64,000 nt of DNA. Source: a virus. The stretch covers positions 2,808 through 66,807 of the IMG/VR virus record IMGVR_UViG_3300005748_000026. One strand, written 5' to 3'. The notes under the pieces are model-generated. The model was not told the DNA's origin. It did not search any database and saw nothing but the letters and a program-made list of their open reading frames with translations. Shown here piece after piece: positions 1-10,328 of this stretch (its first letter is position 1; each line of letters begins with the position of its first letter). The position numbers and the translations under genes were made by a program.

Positions 1-58
1 ACATTATTCGATACAAGAGACTTAATCTGTTCCATAACCTTTTTTTACAAAGATAAGG

Positions 59-451
59 CTATTTATGACCATGATTTCGTCTTGCTAAATTTCCCTTCTT
101 AAAATTCTTCTTGTCTGCTTTCTTAAAACCTTCAAATTTCTTCTTCTTATTCTTCTTAGCCTTAGCTTTTATTTTGGAAAGACTTTTTTCTGTCATATTA
201 CCCTCCAACTCTTCATTTAGCTTTTCGCCTAACAATTTGTTAATGCTTGGCTTATCTATAACATATTCATCAGTAATGTATATTTTCTCTAAAACCTCTG
301 GAATGAAGTTTATCTTACCCATGTTGTAATAACACCAACGAAGATACCTTGTCTTCTTCATTAATATTAAATCGGATACTGTTTTGTCAGGGAATTTACC
401 CACTTTCATTACGCTTTTAAAAGTTAGCGTTCTCATTAGAATTGTACTCAT
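59..451 (-). CDS. hypothetical basic protein
   Basis: 130-aa ORF with a Lys-rich C-terminus; no recognised motif. Confidence 0.6.
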   Translation of the reverse strand: MSTILMRTLTFKSVMKVGKFPDKTVSDLILMKKTRYLRWCYYNMGKINFIPEVLEKIYITDEYVIDKPSINKLLGEKLNEELEGNMTEKSLSKIKAKAKKNKKKKFEGFKKADKKNFKKGNLARRNHGHK

Positions 452-817
452 ATCTACCTTTTTTGTTCACGATTAAACATACCGATACTTATACTTGTAA
501 CCCTACTAATCCTTACTTACAGGACTATAGTATTCAAGTTGTAGCTAGCATCTATTTAGTATCCCCTTCGTTCTTTTTATTGGCGAACTACACTTTAGAA
601 TGTCTTTTACGAACTGTTCTAAAAATACTAAACCCTTTTTCCCTCTATACCAATAATGTTACAAATTATCGAGGAGCGTGTATGTGTCGGTGCATTTACA
701 CTAAGGTTTTCAACTATAAAATTCTTGAGATTGTTTATTAAGGCGCAAGCTTAGTATGAGGTCAAGATGTATTAACACCCCATTGTATGTTTTGCTAAAT
801 TACAAAAAGTTTATGAC

Positions 818-851
818 AAAAAAAAGAGGAGCTGAACTTAATCAACCCCTC
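818..851 (-). terminator. intrinsic terminator
   Basis: minus strand GAGGGGTTGA-TTAAGT-TCAGCTCCTC followed by a T-run. Confidence 0.7.
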
Positions 852-889
852 AGTCAAGCTTGCGACTTAACAGCCTTACGGCAGAGCCT

Positions 890-897
890 CAAAGGTA
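890..897 (-). promoter_or_regulatory. Bacteroidota -7 promoter element (TACCTTTG)
   Basis: matches TAnnTTTG, about 40 nt upstream of the terminator at 818-851. Confidence 0.5.
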
Positions 898-930
898 TGA
901 ATAAACATTAATATATCGAAATTATAAAAC

Positions 931-969
931 AAAAAAAAAGAGTCTGAACAACTTAATGCCCAGACCCTC
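931..969 (-). terminator. intrinsic terminator
   Basis: minus strand GAGGGTCTGGGCA-TTAAGT-TGTTCAGACTC followed by T9. Confidence 0.75.
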
Positions 970-1009
970 TTCCTAACTTTAACTCAAAACTATGAAACAA
1001 CTAGATATT

Positions 1010-1017
1010 CAAATATA
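1010..1017 (-). promoter_or_regulatory. Bacteroidota -7 promoter element (TATATTTG)
   Basis: matches TAnnTTTG, about 40 nt upstream of the terminator at 931-969. Confidence 0.55.
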
Positions 1018-1025
1018 CAAATTTT

Positions 1026-1391
1026 TCACATCAATCCTAATTCCCTAATCTCTTTTTTAAGAGCAATCAACTTTTGCTTCTTGGCTTTTAATAAAGATTG
1101 CAATACAAATAACCCTTCTTGGTTATCAACATTAAAAACATCCATAGAGCATTTTGAAGCAGGTAAGTCAATCAATTCATCTTCATCATCCATTTCAGCA
1201 GACTCTTGGAGAGTAGTGAATAAATTATTTTGATAGTTCCTTATGTTTTCAAATGTATCATGGACGAAATTCAACTCAATAGCCCTCTCCTTTCCAGAAA
1301 ACTTCTTTGCTAAAGACTTTATAGACTCAACTTCATTTAGAAGTATCTCATATTCAGTATGTAATTGTGATGCTCTTCTTAACTTTTCCAT
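1026..1391 (-). CDS. hypothetical protein
   Basis: 121-aa ORF co-oriented with the structural block. Confidence 0.65.
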   Translation of the reverse strand: MEKLRRASQLHTEYEILLNEVESIKSLAKKFSGKERAIELNFVHDTFENIRNYQNNLFTTLQESAEMDDEDELIDLPASKCSMDVFNVDNQEGLFVLQSLLKAKKQKLIALKKEIRELGLM

Positions 1392-1418
1392 AAATTAAAA
1401 ATACGAAAATATAGCCAA

Positions 1419-4400
1419 CTACTGATTAGTAAATTGACTTAATTCGTTTCTAATTGTCGTAGAAAACATTCTTACGTAGTCAGTACTATCGTTTTCTAAT
1501 GTTAAGGTCATGGTGTGGCATCTCATTGGGTCTCCCTCAAGCAAAGGAAGCTCTACACCGCTGTTTTCGTCCATTAAAAATGGTGAGTAATACGTTCCCT
1601 CCAACTCTTCAAAATCTGCCTTAATAAGAGAGGTTTTTTGTCCAAACTGGTTGGTCGCTTCGGGCATATCCCAAACGCTATTAGTATCTTGATATATTCC
1701 AACGTAAAACTTAATTGATTTAGGGTCGTTGTTGGAAACAATAGTAACTCTACTAGGTGTAAAAATAGCCTTGTCATAGTTTACCTTATCGTAGAATGTG
1801 TTGTAAGATTCATTTGTGTTGTGAGTGTATATTTTACCACTTGAATAAGACACCAAACCATCTCCTGCTTGCCCTATCATTTCAGGATAGTAACTGTAGA
1901 ATGTTACCCATCTCTTTTTAGGCTCACTCCATGCTATTGTAGTAGGCTCTTCTGCATCTCCACCTAATCCCTTGAATAAAGGACTACTCATACATAGTAT
2001 GTACTCATCATGTCGTATGTCGTATGTTCCTAAGAATCTTGTATATTTTGGTGTGGTGTCTGACCAATAAACTTTCATGGCAGCATCACTAATTACTTCG
2101 TAGCCACTTTGCCCTAGACGCAACACCTTACGCTTATTCGTATCTACATGATACTTATTAAAGCCATGTACTGCAAAACTCTCTGGCGCATCTCCAATAC
2201 CATACTCTCCTGCATAGTAGTTTATTTTTGATAGCACAAGGTTTTCTACGTTTACTTGAACTGTAGATACTCCATCTGAATTGTAAAGTATGTTTTCTCC
2301 TATTAGTGAGAATCCTGTCTTTAGCTTTTGGAAGATAATCATTCTATTATCCTCTGAGTACATCTTTTGTATTGCTCCGTAACGTCTATCGTAGTCTCTA
2401 AATCCATCTCCAAAGAAAGATGAAGCACCATTTATAAAGGTGTTGGATATGTACTCTTCTGAGAATCTAACTGTAGCTTCGTTAAACTGCTGTTTAGCAT
2501 CAGCATTGTAGGCAAATCCTCTACCAAAGTCTGTGTAGGCTGAGAAGTAAGCGTCTTCTGAATGGTAATCTTCTACTACTATTGATGGTTCATTAAATAC
2601 TAAACTTCTCTCTTTTATAAATACGTCACCAACATTATTTAGGTTTAATGACAAAGGAATATCTAATGATATATCTTGGTTAACGTCATCAATATGATTG
2701 CCACTTAAATGATTCCCTTCTGAATCAATTTCATAAGACTCTCCTACAGTATAGTATAATTTTTCGTCATCCTCCTCAAATTTTTTAGGTCTATATATTT
2801 CAGCTAAATATATTTTTTGGTCTAAATTAAATGAATCCTCATTAGTTCTTACCTTTAAAACCTTTGTATCTTCATTAAAACTAAGTATGGAATAATCCTT
2901 ATAATCAGTTAAATAAGTGCCAACATCATCTCTTATTAATCTAATTCTATCTCCTTCTTGAAATGAGTAGAATAATTTAGAGAATCCATTATTAATTGCA
3001 TAATCAAATACACTTGATAAATTTACATTTGAATATATAGACACATTGTCAATAACAAATTTAATCTCAGCCTGTAGGAATCCTGAAAAACCATCAATTA
3101 AATTCTTTGTTATGCTATTATTACCATTATACAATATATCATAGTACTTAGCCCAAGATGGTGCTTTTGACCTTATCTTTATAATTGGGTAAACTTTAGA
3201 GTTATTGTCTACAACATCATACCAATTAACAATAGCTCTCATATTTTCTGGATTCTGAACGCTTCCAACCCTACCTAATTCATCCTTATATAATACTGAA
3301 AAAGCATGATAAGCACCTCTCTTTAATGATACTTCATTTGTAGATGAGTATGCTTCTACTTTAATCCCTATCCTTTTAACATCTCCAGTTGGTTTATTAG
3401 CGTAATTAAAATACCTGTTTACAAATACACTTTGGGGGTCTCCCATTTGGTCATTTATAGCTTGGAATGAATTATCTATACTTAAAGTATATCCTATATC
3501 AGAACCTACAACAAAGAAATTACTTCTTATTACAATGTCTTCTCTAAATAAAGTAATAGACCCACCCGTGAATACAGAGAAAGATAAATCTCCAACTAAA
3601 GCATTTAAGTTATCCGCTACATCTTGAAGAGTATCATCTGCTGATACTGATAAAACAAAAGATTCTGGAGCTAATGTATAATGCTGAATACCACCATCAT
3701 ACTTGAATTGATACCCTATAGCAATATTGTTTACTCTAATAACGAAACTACTCTCTATATCTGGAGTTTCTAAAAAAATAGATGAAAAATTAAAGAATAA
3801 AGAAGAATCGTTAACACCTAAGCTATTTACAGGTATAACTCCAGAAAAAACAGTATTATAAAACCCTGTATCTGAATCTTCAAAACTTTCTCTAGTAAAA
3901 TTAAAACCTGTATCTGGATAAGAAAAAGAGTCTGTTTGAAACTTTTCAAAATCATCAAGAAGCTCTACCCTGTCTTCATTACCATATTTATAATCCACAC
4001 TAGCATTTACGAAAGGAGTATCATAACCCTCTAAAACACCTCCATATCCAATCCTGTTATTAAACTCGTCTTGTGTATTAGCTCTTAATGGCAAAAATTC
4101 ATTAACTCTATCAGATTCTCTTACATCAATAGCAGTTAGTACATCAGTATTGTAGAAGTCAAATATGTATTCAGAATTGTCAGGTAAATTGTAGTAGTCC
4201 TTATCAAAAGCCCTTATCAATTTATAATCCCCATTATTTTGTCTAACAGATAAGTTTATTGATTTTACATTGCAATTACCTGTATTGAATGATACTTGTA
4301 TGGCATTTTCATTGTAAGAAAAATAATTTGATTGATTAACTAACGCTTGAGTTTCGGTAAATATTTTAACAGGTCTTTTTGAATCGTATGACCAATAACT

Positions 4401-5267
4401 CTTTGAGTTGTCATCATAAACATATTGATACCTAAACTGCCAAGTAGAGCCATAAAGGTTGTTGGTCTTAAACTCTTCATCTGACACATAATTAACTTTT
4501 GGTGATTTTAGTGGTGGTATTGCAGAATTTATAATATCTGTTTCTATTATATCTCTATAATGATAGATATAACCATAATATTGATTAGCTTGATTGAAAG
4601 AATTTATAGGTAAAAATGTTATAGACAACTCTAAGCTAAAGTCAGATGGTATAGCCACTATTACTGCATTGCCATCAAAATTATCAGTTTCTTCTGATGG
4701 TTTAGATAAAAAAACTTTAACAACATCACCTACGTTATATTGATTAGCATTTCCAACTACGCTAGTAACAGCAATAGTTCCTACATTAGACTTTGATGCT
4801 GAATTAAACACAAAATCCTTAACAAGAACTTCGTCAGCAATAGTGCTTAGATTTATCTTTCTAGGTTCATTTACCCTGTCATTAAAATAAAGATTGTTCT
4901 CTATCCTGTCAGAGTCTATAATAAGCATATCCTCCTCAAAAGCTAATACGCTTGATTGTAACACTTTCGTTACGGTGTTCTGTGTTGTATCAAACCTTTG
5001 TATGGTATGTTCACCAAACTTATTCCAAACGTAGAAATAAACATGACTCCTTACTTCATCCTCAAAAGTTCCTATACATCTGTTCTCATCGTCTGGTAAG
5101 TCAAATTCAACCAAAGTATTTCCCTTCACGTTCTCAATAGAACCCGTTGAACTTGTGTCATTTACTCCATTACGAATGTTTATTGCATAACGATAATCAG
5201 ATTCAGGCAACACCCTATCTTCTAAATCGCTATTTAAACCACCAACAAATGTTTTTATTTCTATCAT
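1419..5267 (-). CDS. tail stabilisation (muzzle, P22 gp10-like) protein of crAss-like phages
   Basis: 1282 aa; N-terminus FVGGLNSDLEDR..YRYAINIR and C-terminal EYGIG..PESFA..G...Y.VD and W.TFYSY.PE resemble crAss-like stabilisation proteins; follows the ring proteins. Confidence 0.75.
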   Translation of the reverse strand: MIEIKTFVGGLNSDLEDRVLPESDYRYAINIRNGVNDTSSTGSIENVKGNTLVEFDLPDDENRCIGTFEDEVRSHVYFYVWNKFGEHTIQRFDTTQNTVTKVLQSSVLAFEEDMLIIDSDRIENNLYFNDRVNEPRKINLSTIADEVLVKDFVFNSASKSNVGTIAVTSVVGNANQYNVGDVVKVFLSKPSEETDNFDGNAVIVAIPSDFSLELSITFLPINSFNQANQYYGYIYHYRDIIETDIINSAIPPLKSPKVNYVSDEEFKTNNLYGSTWQFRYQYVYDDNSKSYWSYDSKRPVKIFTETQALVNQSNYFSYNENAIQVSFNTGNCNVKSINLSVRQNNGDYKLIRAFDKDYYNLPDNSEYIFDFYNTDVLTAIDVRESDRVNEFLPLRANTQDEFNNRIGYGGVLEGYDTPFVNASVDYKYGNEDRVELLDDFEKFQTDSFSYPDTGFNFTRESFEDSDTGFYNTVFSGVIPVNSLGVNDSSLFFNFSSIFLETPDIESSFVIRVNNIAIGYQFKYDGGIQHYTLAPESFVLSVSADDTLQDVADNLNALVGDLSFSVFTGGSITLFREDIVIRSNFFVVGSDIGYTLSIDNSFQAINDQMGDPQSVFVNRYFNYANKPTGDVKRIGIKVEAYSSTNEVSLKRGAYHAFSVLYKDELGRVGSVQNPENMRAIVNWYDVVDNNSKVYPIIKIRSKAPSWAKYYDILYNGNNSITKNLIDGFSGFLQAEIKFVIDNVSIYSNVNLSSVFDYAINNGFSKLFYSFQEGDRIRLIRDDVGTYLTDYKDYSILSFNEDTKVLKVRTNEDSFNLDQKIYLAEIYRPKKFEEDDEKLYYTVGESYEIDSEGNHLSGNHIDDVNQDISLDIPLSLNLNNVGDVFIKERSLVFNEPSIVVEDYHSEDAYFSAYTDFGRGFAYNADAKQQFNEATVRFSEEYISNTFINGASSFFGDGFRDYDRRYGAIQKMYSEDNRMIIFQKLKTGFSLIGENILYNSDGVSTVQVNVENLVLSKINYYAGEYGIGDAPESFAVHGFNKYHVDTNKRKVLRLGQSGYEVISDAAMKVYWSDTTPKYTRFLGTYDIRHDEYILCMSSPLFKGLGGDAEEPTTIAWSEPKKRWVTFYSYYPEMIGQAGDGLVSYSSGKIYTHNTNESYNTFYDKVNYDKAIFTPSRVTIVSNNDPKSIKFYVGIYQDTNSVWDMPEATNQFGQKTSLIKADFEELEGTYYSPFLMDENSGVELPLLEGDPMRCHTMTLTLENDSTDYVRMFSTTIRNELSQFTNQ

Positions 5268-6211
5268 AATTTAATAGACAATTTGAAGCCTGTATTATAC
5301 TCTTGAACTAACTCTCTTAAATTGAAGTTGTTTAATCTTCTCTTAGCTTTTTTCTTCTCAATAACCCATTGCTGCTTCGCCATTTGCTTCTCTACAGCAG
5401 GTATTCTAAAGTTATCCATTCTAATTATCCAACGGATGTAAGACTTTATAGCATCCCTTAAATAATAGTGAACCTTGATGTTGCAATCTTCATCTACATC
5501 AATATCTCCTAAATACTCTAGTATAATCTTGTCTCCACAAAACCCTTGTAAAGCAATTCTTCCCTCTCTTGGGAATATCTTGTAAAATCCGTATTGGTTT
5601 CCTCCTCCACCAATTCCATACCTTTTACCTACATTAGTGCCATTGTCAGTATTTTGATACCTACCATATAAAGGGTAAAGATGGTTGTATCCTTTCTTAG
5701 AACACTTACCTCTTGCTACTTGGCTTCCAAAGTTTTTCTTTTCGTGAATGTCTCCCTCTTGATTTTCTCCACCTGAACCTTCTGCTCCTAATGGTGTAAA
5801 GTCCTCCCAATTCTCGCCTATAGTTTCCCAAATGTCAGGTACTTCCTCCCAATTCAAAGGTCTTTGCCCTCCTGTTCCACTAGAATCAGCATTAAGCTCA
5901 AACTCCTCTATCTCTTTTACACACTCGTAATCTTTGGGCATACACATATTCTTGTTTAATCCTAAAGAATACATCGTACCATTACAATCACAAATAGCTA
6001 TCTTCATGTAGTCAATATAGTCTGGTGGAAGTATTGCCGTATCATTAGGCAAAACCTCTAACTCCTTTATTTTAGCTACACCTCCTCTAGTATCCATGTT
6101 AAGTTCTCGCATACCGCTTATGGCAATCTGCAACACCCTAGCATATTTATACTCAGTAGTCTCTCCCGACTCTATAAGGTACTCTCTAACTATTTGGTCT
6201 AATGTCTGCAT
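5264..6211 (-). CDS. tail ring/adaptor structural protein
   Basis: 315 aa; LPPDYIDY.KI motif; 4-bp overlap with the stabilisation gene; synteny. Confidence 0.6.
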   Translation of the reverse strand: MQTLDQIVREYLIESGETTEYKYARVLQIAISGMRELNMDTRGGVAKIKELEVLPNDTAILPPDYIDYMKIAICDCNGTMYSLGLNKNMCMPKDYECVKEIEEFELNADSSGTGGQRPLNWEEVPDIWETIGENWEDFTPLGAEGSGGENQEGDIHEKKNFGSQVARGKCSKKGYNHLYPLYGRYQNTDNGTNVGKRYGIGGGGNQYGFYKIFPREGRIALQGFCGDKIILEYLGDIDVDEDCNIKVHYYLRDAIKSYIRWIIRMDNFRIPAVEKQMAKQQWVIEKKKAKRRLNNFNLRELVQEYNTGFKLSIKL

Positions 6212-6834
6212 TAGTTAATGTCTTTACTGTTATTGTCTACATCCTCTGGGTTTCGTGTGGCAGCGAAGAAGTCATAAGTCATTCTAACTAAGTCCGACTG
6301 CATATCATCTGGAATCTCAAACTCTTCCTCTTCATCCAAGTCTCCAAATGGTAGTATCATTGTAATATCAATATCCTTTGGAACTCTCCAATCTTCTATA
6401 CCTGTGAAGTATAATCTACTACCCTCTTTGTAATAACCCTTTCTACCAGATAAGCAATGAGAAGTTAATCCGTTGAACATGGTGTGGAATGTTATGCCTA
6501 CAGGTACATAGCTAGATTTTCTATTACTGCTATCCGTAACATTCTTAATATCAACACCATTAGGCAAATCAACACCACTAGAAGGTATTTCCAAATAATA
6601 CTCCCCACCTTCGTTAGATAACTTATTGCCTCTTGAACGAAAGTAAATCCTGTCATCCAAACCATTAAATTCAAGACTCTTATTCTCATAATATCTTTTC
6701 CTCAATAGGCTAGCAAGATTCTGACTAAGAGCAAGGGATATTTCTCTTATATCTAAGTTGCTATCATCTGATGGGTCTCCACCTGACAATAACCTCTTAA
6801 CTTGTTCTGCTAATTTATACTTAGTGGTTTTCAT
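6211..6834 (-). CDS. tail ring/structural protein
   Basis: 207 aa, translationally coupled within the tail operon. Confidence 0.55.
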   Translation of the reverse strand: MKTTKYKLAEQVKRLLSGGDPSDDSNLDIREISLALSQNLASLLRKRYYENKSLEFNGLDDRIYFRSRGNKLSNEGGEYYLEIPSSGVDLPNGVDIKNVTDSSNRKSSYVPVGITFHTMFNGLTSHCLSGRKGYYKEGSRLYFTGIEDWRVPKDIDITMILPFGDLDEEEEFEIPDDMQSDLVRMTYDFFAATRNPEDVDNNSKDIN

Positions 6835-7574
6835 ATTCCTTGCCTTTTCATTTCTTCGCTATAAGACAATAATTTGTCGTCTCTCATGTTGATTCCTAAG
6901 AAACCTAATGCCCTAACTAATATCTCATTATAAGCTATCTCAGGAGCATCTATATCTACTGAACCAACCTTATTGTAAACAGGTCTTCCATCTACAATAT
7001 CAAAATTCCATACAGGGGCTTTTGGCTCTCTTAAATATGTAAAGTCTACTTGTGTTGCCTCCTTTGGATAAACGTCTACAAAACCATTGTAAAAAGTGGC
7101 TATGGGGTATTTGTAGCTTGGAGCAACTATGGCACTATCCAATCTTTCAGCTAATTCATCATCAGTTACTATCTTACAGTCTCTAATAGATGCTTTTATG
7201 TCTCCACATTTTTTCTTTCTCTTGTAATAAATTCTTAATGAGCTATGGTGCTTGTATTGGGGTGGTATGTTGCCTAAAATGTCTTTAACATCTTTTCCAT
7301 TAGGAAGCTGAAAACTCCCCGAAGTAACTTTTAAGTTAACTCTCTCTTTAAGATAACTAAGCCTATCTATTACCGCTTGAGTAGATTCGTATTGAACCTT
7401 AGACAATTTCATTCCAATTTGATACTCTCTATGATTGTCATACATAGATTCAATCCAAGAGGTTAACGCTCTCTGAACTAACCTATTGAATTTAGCAGCT
7501 GATACATAATTTCCTCTACCATTTTTATTAGAAACATAGTCGAAGAATTGTTTGAAGTCGTTTATGTCTATCAT
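6831..7574 (-). CDS. tail tubular/ring protein (P22 gp4-like)
   Basis: 247 aa; NKNGRGNY...FN and YLREP..P.W motifs typical of crAss-like ring proteins. Confidence 0.6.
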   Translation of the reverse strand: MIDINDFKQFFDYVSNKNGRGNYVSAAKFNRLVQRALTSWIESMYDNHREYQIGMKLSKVQYESTQAVIDRLSYLKERVNLKVTSGSFQLPNGKDVKDILGNIPPQYKHHSSLRIYYKRKKKCGDIKASIRDCKIVTDDELAERLDSAIVAPSYKYPIATFYNGFVDVYPKEATQVDFTYLREPKAPVWNFDIVDGRPVYNKVGSVDIDAPEIAYNEILVRALGFLGINMRDDKLLSYSEEMKRQGI

Positions 7575-8635
7575 AATTCAATCACGTATAATTTTGCTTG
7601 TGTTGCAAATAACTTACTATCTAAATATGCTATAATAGTGTCGTTAGAATTACTCGTAATGTCAGCAATATAAATGTCATTACCCTCAACTAACAATTCT
7701 TGCTCTAAAGGATAGTTGTCAAACCCATCGTTAGCGTAAACCCTTATCTTATAAGGAGTTAGGTTGTAGATGTTTTCAAAAACTCTATCTCCAGAAGATG
7801 TGTAGCATATTCTTTTCTCTCCAAATAAAGCAGTATGAACCTCAGTCCATGAAGAACCACTCTTAGACGCCACAACAGAATATCCCGCACTACCCGTAGC
7901 TCCAGTTACAAAAGATACGTAGTCTCCATCATCACTAACAAAAAGAGAACTTGAAGAACCATCAGAAACAGAATAGTCTGGATATATACCATTACCAACA
8001 CTAGGTATTATCTCTGATAAATAATCAAATGTAGCTCCATTAAAAGAGTAAGTCTGTATAGTGTTAGAATCCCTATCAAAAATAGCAACGGTATCTCCAC
8101 CATCATAAGAACATGAAACCCCCATTTGTGTAGAAGCAGGTAATGTTGCTACAGTTATAGGAGTAGGGTTTAATGTATCTGTTCCGTAATTGTATGAGTA
8201 AAATACCACATCATTACCAACCTTAGAGGCTATGTAATACAAGCTGCCACTCTTGAATATAGCAGGCTCTTTTATCAAACCACTAGAAGTTATGGACTCT
8301 GTAGATACAGAATATGTTGACCCATCTTTCCTCCAAATGTAGATGTTAGAAAACTTATCTACTACTAGAATTACATTTCCATCTCTTGAAGCCTTTATGT
8401 GCAATCCAAACATATCTCCTGACGTTGGATGTGCATAGCTATATATAGAAGTTATACTCCCACTATTATACCCTAAAACTCTAAAACCTCCTGCCGAAGA
8501 ATTTTCAAATGGAGAACTTGCAAATATAGTAGAACCATCAGCAGTCATCTCTATTGATGTCATTCCTTCCGCAAAAGAGTCGTCATTAACCTTCTTCCCT
8601 AGAAGAAACCAATATTGTTGTAAAGCAGGTATCAT
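7571..8635 (-). CDS. beta-propeller-like virion protein
   Basis: repeated S.DG..V/I blade-like motifs (MTADGST, ASRDGNV, VSDDGDY). Confidence 0.5.
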   Translation of the reverse strand: MIPALQQYWFLLGKKVNDDSFAEGMTSIEMTADGSTIFASSPFENSSAGGFRVLGYNSGSITSIYSYAHPTSGDMFGLHIKASRDGNVILVVDKFSNIYIWRKDGSTYSVSTESITSSGLIKEPAIFKSGSLYYIASKVGNDVVFYSYNYGTDTLNPTPITVATLPASTQMGVSCSYDGGDTVAIFDRDSNTIQTYSFNGATFDYLSEIIPSVGNGIYPDYSVSDGSSSSLFVSDDGDYVSFVTGATGSAGYSVVASKSGSSWTEVHTALFGEKRICYTSSGDRVFENIYNLTPYKIRVYANDGFDNYPLEQELLVEGNDIYIADITSNSNDTIIAYLDSKLFATQAKLYVIEL

Positions 8636-8638
8636 ATA

Positions 8639-10327
8639 TTATGCAAAGTTTTCTCCGATTGTCCAATAGTAAGTTGCTCCAAATCTTGTTACTCCCAATA
8701 CCCAAGTCTCACCGTCTGGAATTGTAACCGTATCTCCACCCCCATTAATGCTTACAGAAGTTGCAGGTAACTGAACCTCTACAGGCTGACCCGAAGCAGT
8801 TACTTTGTAAAGACCTGTTCTACCATCAGATAAATCGTTAATAGATAGGTTGAAATCTCCTGTGGCAGTTGTTTGAGCTTGATACCCGTTTAAATAATTC
8901 CAAGTTATATTAGCAGAATATCCTATCGACTGAGTATCTTGGTATATCTGCTCATTCTCAATATGGAATGTTTCACTATCTCTAGCTACTTTAACTCTTC
9001 CACCTTCACCTACAGGCTCAAAGAAAACAACAGCGTTACCTCCTACTGTAGTAGATGCTATAGCGTCAGCATTGGATATTCCATTTGCTTGTAAAGAGAA
9101 TAAGTATGATTGAATACCTAAGTGAGTTCCAAATTCTGCAATAGTAATCCTTTCTGTTACATTCGTAATGTCAGTAGTTTGAAATATTATAGCGTTCTCT
9201 TGAACTTGAATTAAACTCGTATTAGTAGTAGTAGAAAATATAGAAGCAGTACCTCCCGAAATATCCACACCTAATTCAAGGTTTCCATTTGTAGGATTGA
9301 TTATAGCAGGACTAGCTTGACTACCTGTAATAACATCTCCATCAGATACTATCATATCAGTACCTCCTGTAGTGTTTCCTAAAACAAGTGTTTGCGCTAA
9401 GGTTTCTCCTCCACCTCCACCACTAATAGCAGAACCATCAATGGTTATAGTGTCTGTAGCAGGTGTGGCGGTTACGACTATTCCTCCTGTTCCTGTGAAT
9501 GTTAATGTGTCTGTAAGGCTATCTGCCACAACATCATTAGAACCATCAGTAACAGTTTGAAATTTATATCCTTGCGCTCCCTCAAGTACATCTATCCTTG
9601 TATCTAAGTTAGTAATGTCTCCATTAATAGTAGTTACATCACCACTTTGGTCATACCCACTTAAATCTACGTTAAATGTAGCAGGAGCATCAGTTTCTAA
9701 GGTTAATGTATCTCCAGTTAAGTTGAATTGAGTTACATTATCTCCTACACCACCCGTATTTATTGCGTTCTCTAAATCAATAATCCTAAGTTCGTGGTCG
9801 TTAATTACTGTATCGTAATTGTACTTTGATAGGTTTACAGTTTGACTTGGCTTATTCAGCACACCAAGTATTAAGGAATCTCCAGATAAAGTAGCACTAT
9901 TTAAGTAGCTATCATTCCCTATACTTCCCTCTAATACAGTAACTCTAGCATCAATATCATTTAGCTCTGTAGTGAGGTCTAAATCATCAATATCTATATC
10001 ATAAGTAGCAGTAGAAGTTACTAATCTTATGGTGTTGCCTGTTCTAAAGAAATTGGTAACTACAGATAGTCCATTCCCAACTTCATCAACCAAGTCAGTA
10101 GCAGTAATGTACTTAACAACATCATTGCTATCAACAACAACTATTTTATCTGAAACACTACCTACTCCTACGTTGGCAATCTTTAAAGATGTCTTGTTTA
10201 GAGAAAGTGGACTAAAACCACCATCCCCATCCATAACTCTCTTAAAAGAAGTTGTTAAACCCGTGTCTCCCTCAAGCTGAATCAATGATTCGTATGAGAA
10301 CTTTATCTTGTTTCCTGTTAGTGGCAT
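8639..10327 (-). CDS. tail fibre-like protein
   Basis: 562 aa, G/T/D-rich; short coiled coils (LDTRIDVLEG); ETLAQTLVLGNTT motif. Confidence 0.6.
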   Translation of the reverse strand: MPLTGNKIKFSYESLIQLEGDTGLTTSFKRVMDGDGGFSPLSLNKTSLKIANVGVGSVSDKIVVVDSNDVVKYITATDLVDEVGNGLSVVTNFFRTGNTIRLVTSTATYDIDIDDLDLTTELNDIDARVTVLEGSIGNDSYLNSATLSGDSLILGVLNKPSQTVNLSKYNYDTVINDHELRIIDLENAINTGGVGDNVTQFNLTGDTLTLETDAPATFNVDLSGYDQSGDVTTINGDITNLDTRIDVLEGAQGYKFQTVTDGSNDVVADSLTDTLTFTGTGGIVVTATPATDTITIDGSAISGGGGGETLAQTLVLGNTTGGTDMIVSDGDVITGSQASPAIINPTNGNLELGVDISGGTASIFSTTTNTSLIQVQENAIIFQTTDITNVTERITIAEFGTHLGIQSYLFSLQANGISNADAIASTTVGGNAVVFFEPVGEGGRVKVARDSETFHIENEQIYQDTQSIGYSANITWNYLNGYQAQTTATGDFNLSINDLSDGRTGLYKVTASGQPVEVQLPATSVSINGGGDTVTIPDGETWVLGVTRFGATYYWTIGENFA

Positions 10328-10328
10328 A

